Source: Lama glama (Eukaryota). Taken from it: DNA of 64,000 bases. The stretch spans positions 71,116,001 through 71,180,000 of the forward strand of contig CM052816.1 in NCBI GenBank assembly GCA_028534125.1, given 5' to 3'. A program made the translations under genes and the position numbers. Below, piece by piece: positions 60,861-64,000 of this stretch. Positions within the stretch are counted from its first letter, which is position 1; each line of letters opens with the position of its first letter. The notes beneath the pieces were generated by a model that searched no databases, was not told the DNA's origin, and saw nothing but the letters and a program-made list of their open reading frames with translations.

Positions 60861-62808
60861 GTTGGCTTTCAGTCACTGACTTCATTATTTACCAAAACTG
60901 TGCACCTTCCTGTGTAGCCTTGAGCCCCATCCCACCTGCCACAGCTCTCTGGGAACACCAGATCTCATTTCACCCTGCAGACTCAAGTTAGATGCATGAA
61001 AAATCAAAAGTGGAGCTTTCCTTCTTTCTCCTCTGCTTTTCTGCTGTACACCCTTACCAAGAGGGAATAAGTATATAACCTCTTGCTATGGCCCAACTGA
61101 TGAGTGAAGGGTTAATATAAACAACTTGGAAGGAGAAAAATACATTGGTTTAAGTATGAAATATCAACCCTGCCTATTTGCATATTTATATATTTGCTCC
61201 ACATAAGCAAATTGTACACCCTTTTCCCAGTATCCATAAAATACAAACATTCATTTAAAAGTACTCTCCAAAACCATAAATAAATTATAAAAAGTAAATT
61301 ACATAAAACATGTTTTCTACCTACAAGAAAAATAATACAGAAAATTAATTTTTCTGAGTCCCAGTTGCTTAGTAATTTAAAAACATCAAATAACTCTTGG
61401 ATTACAGCCAAAAATAAACTGATTACGGACTCTTAAAAATCAGTAACAATGAGAATTCTGAGTTTCTAAGTTGCAGCCAAAACGATATGCATTATAATAG
61501 AAAATTTCTCCATCTTGGTGAGCATTCCAAGTCTCAGTTGGACTTCAATATATTTTTTTTGCAAGCTTTTAATCACTTGCTTTCTTCTTTAAAAGAAATT
61601 AATGTCCATTTATATTTGTGGAAATCCTAATTCTAAAAGTTACCTCCTGTGTTCATAAAGGACTGAAATTAGGATATAAATTGGCTTTTCCACGTTATTG
61701 TCTCCAAGCTGGCTACGAGCATGCTCTGTCACTCTTGTTGCTTCCAGCTGCAATTAGATTAGAGTGAAAGGCAAGTCCCCATAATCCTGACTTTCCTTAA
61801 AGTAATCCAATTCTATATTTTTATCAGATAAATGAACAACCTCTCAGAAGCTTCTCCATGTTCTCAGTTTTCTTCTAGGAAATGTTTTGCTCTCCCTTTT
61901 GTCAAAGCTTAGATTGCAGGAGCCCTGAGAAACCACCCCTCCGGGTCTAAAGGCATTTCCTGAGTGGGCTCTGTGAACAAATGACTTGTGTTCAAACATG
62001 TGTATTTTCCAACATTTTTTAACCCTTGAACTTCCCCTAATCATCAGAAACTGAGCTGCTTCCCAGTAAAATGATCCAGAGACTAATCCAACTTAATGGC
62101 AGACCTTAAATGCCCTTTTTTGCAGGTGAGCAACCTCATCAGAAGACATCTAGAAACGGGTCCTTGCTAGTCATCCCTACCTCAATCAAGATGCATTCTT
62201 AGTCTCCAGCCTAATTCTTGGTGAAGGTGTTACTGGATCTGGGACCCAGGCTCTGCATCCTTCCTCTTCCTGCCACCACATGGTGTAGGGAAGACCAGTA
62301 TGGTTTTTGGAAACTTAGGCAACATGCCTTTTTTCTGCTGTGTGACATATCATAGGCAACACCAGATGCTGCATGGCCAATTAAGGAGTGAATTTTTAGT
62401 TTTATGGGTCATTCCATTGGAAAATTTACCTTCTTACCAGAATCTTGGAAGCTTGTAATCTTTACAGGTGGCATTATGAGAGTCACTAGACAAGCACAAA
62501 TACAACTTTTTGAGTTAGCAGAGGCTTACCCTTGAAATTTATTTTCAGTAGTATCTTCTTCTGATGAACCCTTCGAATTTTGTGAAATACAGTGCATGCA
62601 CATGAATTGATTGATTGGAACACTCTAGCCATCCTGAACACATCTCCACGTTTCCTCCCCCATCCAATCAGCAAGTGTGACAAGAACCTATGTTATAAAA
62701 ATACTACACATCAAGAGGAGAAAGCTCATTTCTTTATTTAAAAGTATTTAAATAAAAAGAAATGCCGAAGACTATCACAATGATGCCTGGTCTAAACATA
62801 AATAAAGA

Positions 62809-62934
62809 GGGGTGGATATAGCTCAGTGGTAGTGTGTGCTCAGCATGCACAAGGTCCTGGGTTCAATCCCCAGTACCTCCATTTTTAAAAATAATAAATA
62901 AACAAATAAATAAATATAATTACCTCCCCCCACC
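62809..62934 (+). mobile_element. Vic-1-type camelid tRNA(Ala)-derived SINE
   Basis: Head ggggtggatatagctcagtggtag...agcatgcacaaggtcctgggttcaatccccagtacctcca with A box (62819-62829) and B box (62860-62869), then an (AAAT)n-rich segment and taattacctcccccc. Confidence 0.88.
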
Positions 62935-63025
62935 AAAAGAAAGAGAGAGAGGGAGAAAGAGACAGTGAGAAAGAAAGAAAGAAAGAAAAAGAAAGAAAGA
63001 AAGGAAGGAAGGAAGGAAGGAAGGA

Positions 63026-63089
<64 letters not shown>

Positions 63090-63182
63090 AAAAAAGAAAG
63101 AAAGAAAAGAAAAGAAAAGAAAAGAAAAGAAAAGAAAAAGAAAGAATGAAAGAAAGAGGAAGGAAGGAAGGAAGAGGGAGAA
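62935..63182. repeat. Compound polypurine microsatellite (GA/GAAA/GGAA/GAAAA) from the SINE tail
   Basis: Directly visible; uninterrupted purines 62967-63146. Confidence 0.97.
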
Positions 63183-64000
63183 TATAAAATAGGGAACAAT
63201 GACAAATGTTTGAATTTCAGTCAGAATCTACTTCTCTATGAATGTAATTATGAAAGTATTATACTATGATTGATAAAATCATCAATCATACTACTTTGAT
63301 AAAGTAAATCAAATAGTCTATGCATGTTACCTTCAGCTTACTATTTATTTTTGAAAGTATAAAATATGTGCGGTTGTTAAGAAATCCTTCATTAGTAGTA
63401 GTAATTATTTTCTGTAATCTGTCTTAGTTATCCATACCATCACCAATACTTTTCTTGTTTTCATAGATGTTTACCCTTTTGTCTGATGGGTTTTGTGGAT
63501 AAAAACGTGAGAGGATTAAATGGACAATGATCAGTTCCATTCAGTTCTAGAAGCTAAAATCTCTTCCTGCAGTTACAGATATAAGCTGCCTAATGCATAG
63601 TCTTCCTATTGAAAACTTTTGCTTGACATATTCGTTTCCCTAGTTAGTGTTTCATGTATAATTTCTCCATGTACGTCAACTACTGGATTCTCCAGACTCT
63701 GAAATTACACCATATTTCTGTTTCTGCATGTTGTGCTAGGATTCCTCTGACTGCGTTGCTTTAAATTAACAAGTTATAATATTTTGATTGGAAGTTCCTT
63801 TGGTAATTCATTGTCATCCATCACTCTATCCATGACAAAAGTGTCAACTTTCTCAGAATGTATTTCCTGAGATTGCTTCAATATACATACATTTTAAATT
63901 TTGTTGTTATATTTTGATCAGACAACTTTGAAGAAAGTGGTTTAAAAATGTGCACTCTCTGACTTTGCCTACTTCTCCTTGGTTTTATTTATTTGTTTTA

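Noticed and set aside
62809..62881. tRNA-Ala gene
   Set aside because: Deletion and mismatches in the D and anticodon arms plus a SINE-type 3' region; it is a Vic-1 SINE head
62885..63205. Lys/Glu/Arg-rich and Phe/Leu/Ser-rich ORFs
   Set aside because: Translations of the polypurine microsatellite
1..64000. Prokaryote-type systems (CRISPR arrays, operons, defence islands)
   Set aside because: The sequence is mammalian; no regularly spaced repeat-spacer array or gene-dense block was seen

Overview
AT-rich, CpG-poor mammalian nuclear DNA, almost certainly from a camelid (camel, llama or alpaca). The evidence is a tRNA-Ala-derived Vic-1-type SINE at ~62.8 kb and several young camelid/artiodactyl-type L1 3' ends. 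The window looks intergenic or deep intronic, and I cannot support any protein-coding gene. The ORFs in the supplied track come from decayed LINEs and LTRs, microsatellites, N-gaps or chance. A large part of the window is interspersed repeat: L1 of several ages, HAL1-like, L2, L3/CR1, MIR, MaLR/ERVL LTRs, hAT and Tigger MITEs, and a probable RTE relic. Two 500-N scaffolding gaps split it into three contigs. The clearest sequence-level observations are two 5'-inverted (twin-primed) L1 insertions, several nested insertions, a perfect 24-bp FOX/SOX palindrome, MEIS/HOX-type motif clusters at 55-57 kb, a Vic-1 copy with a Pol III terminator directly after its tRNA head, and a few weak candidate exons. 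I found no evidence of a novel multi-gene system. Repeat family names come from my recollection of consensus sequences rather than a database search, and repeat boundaries are approximate unless TIR/TSD coordinates are given.
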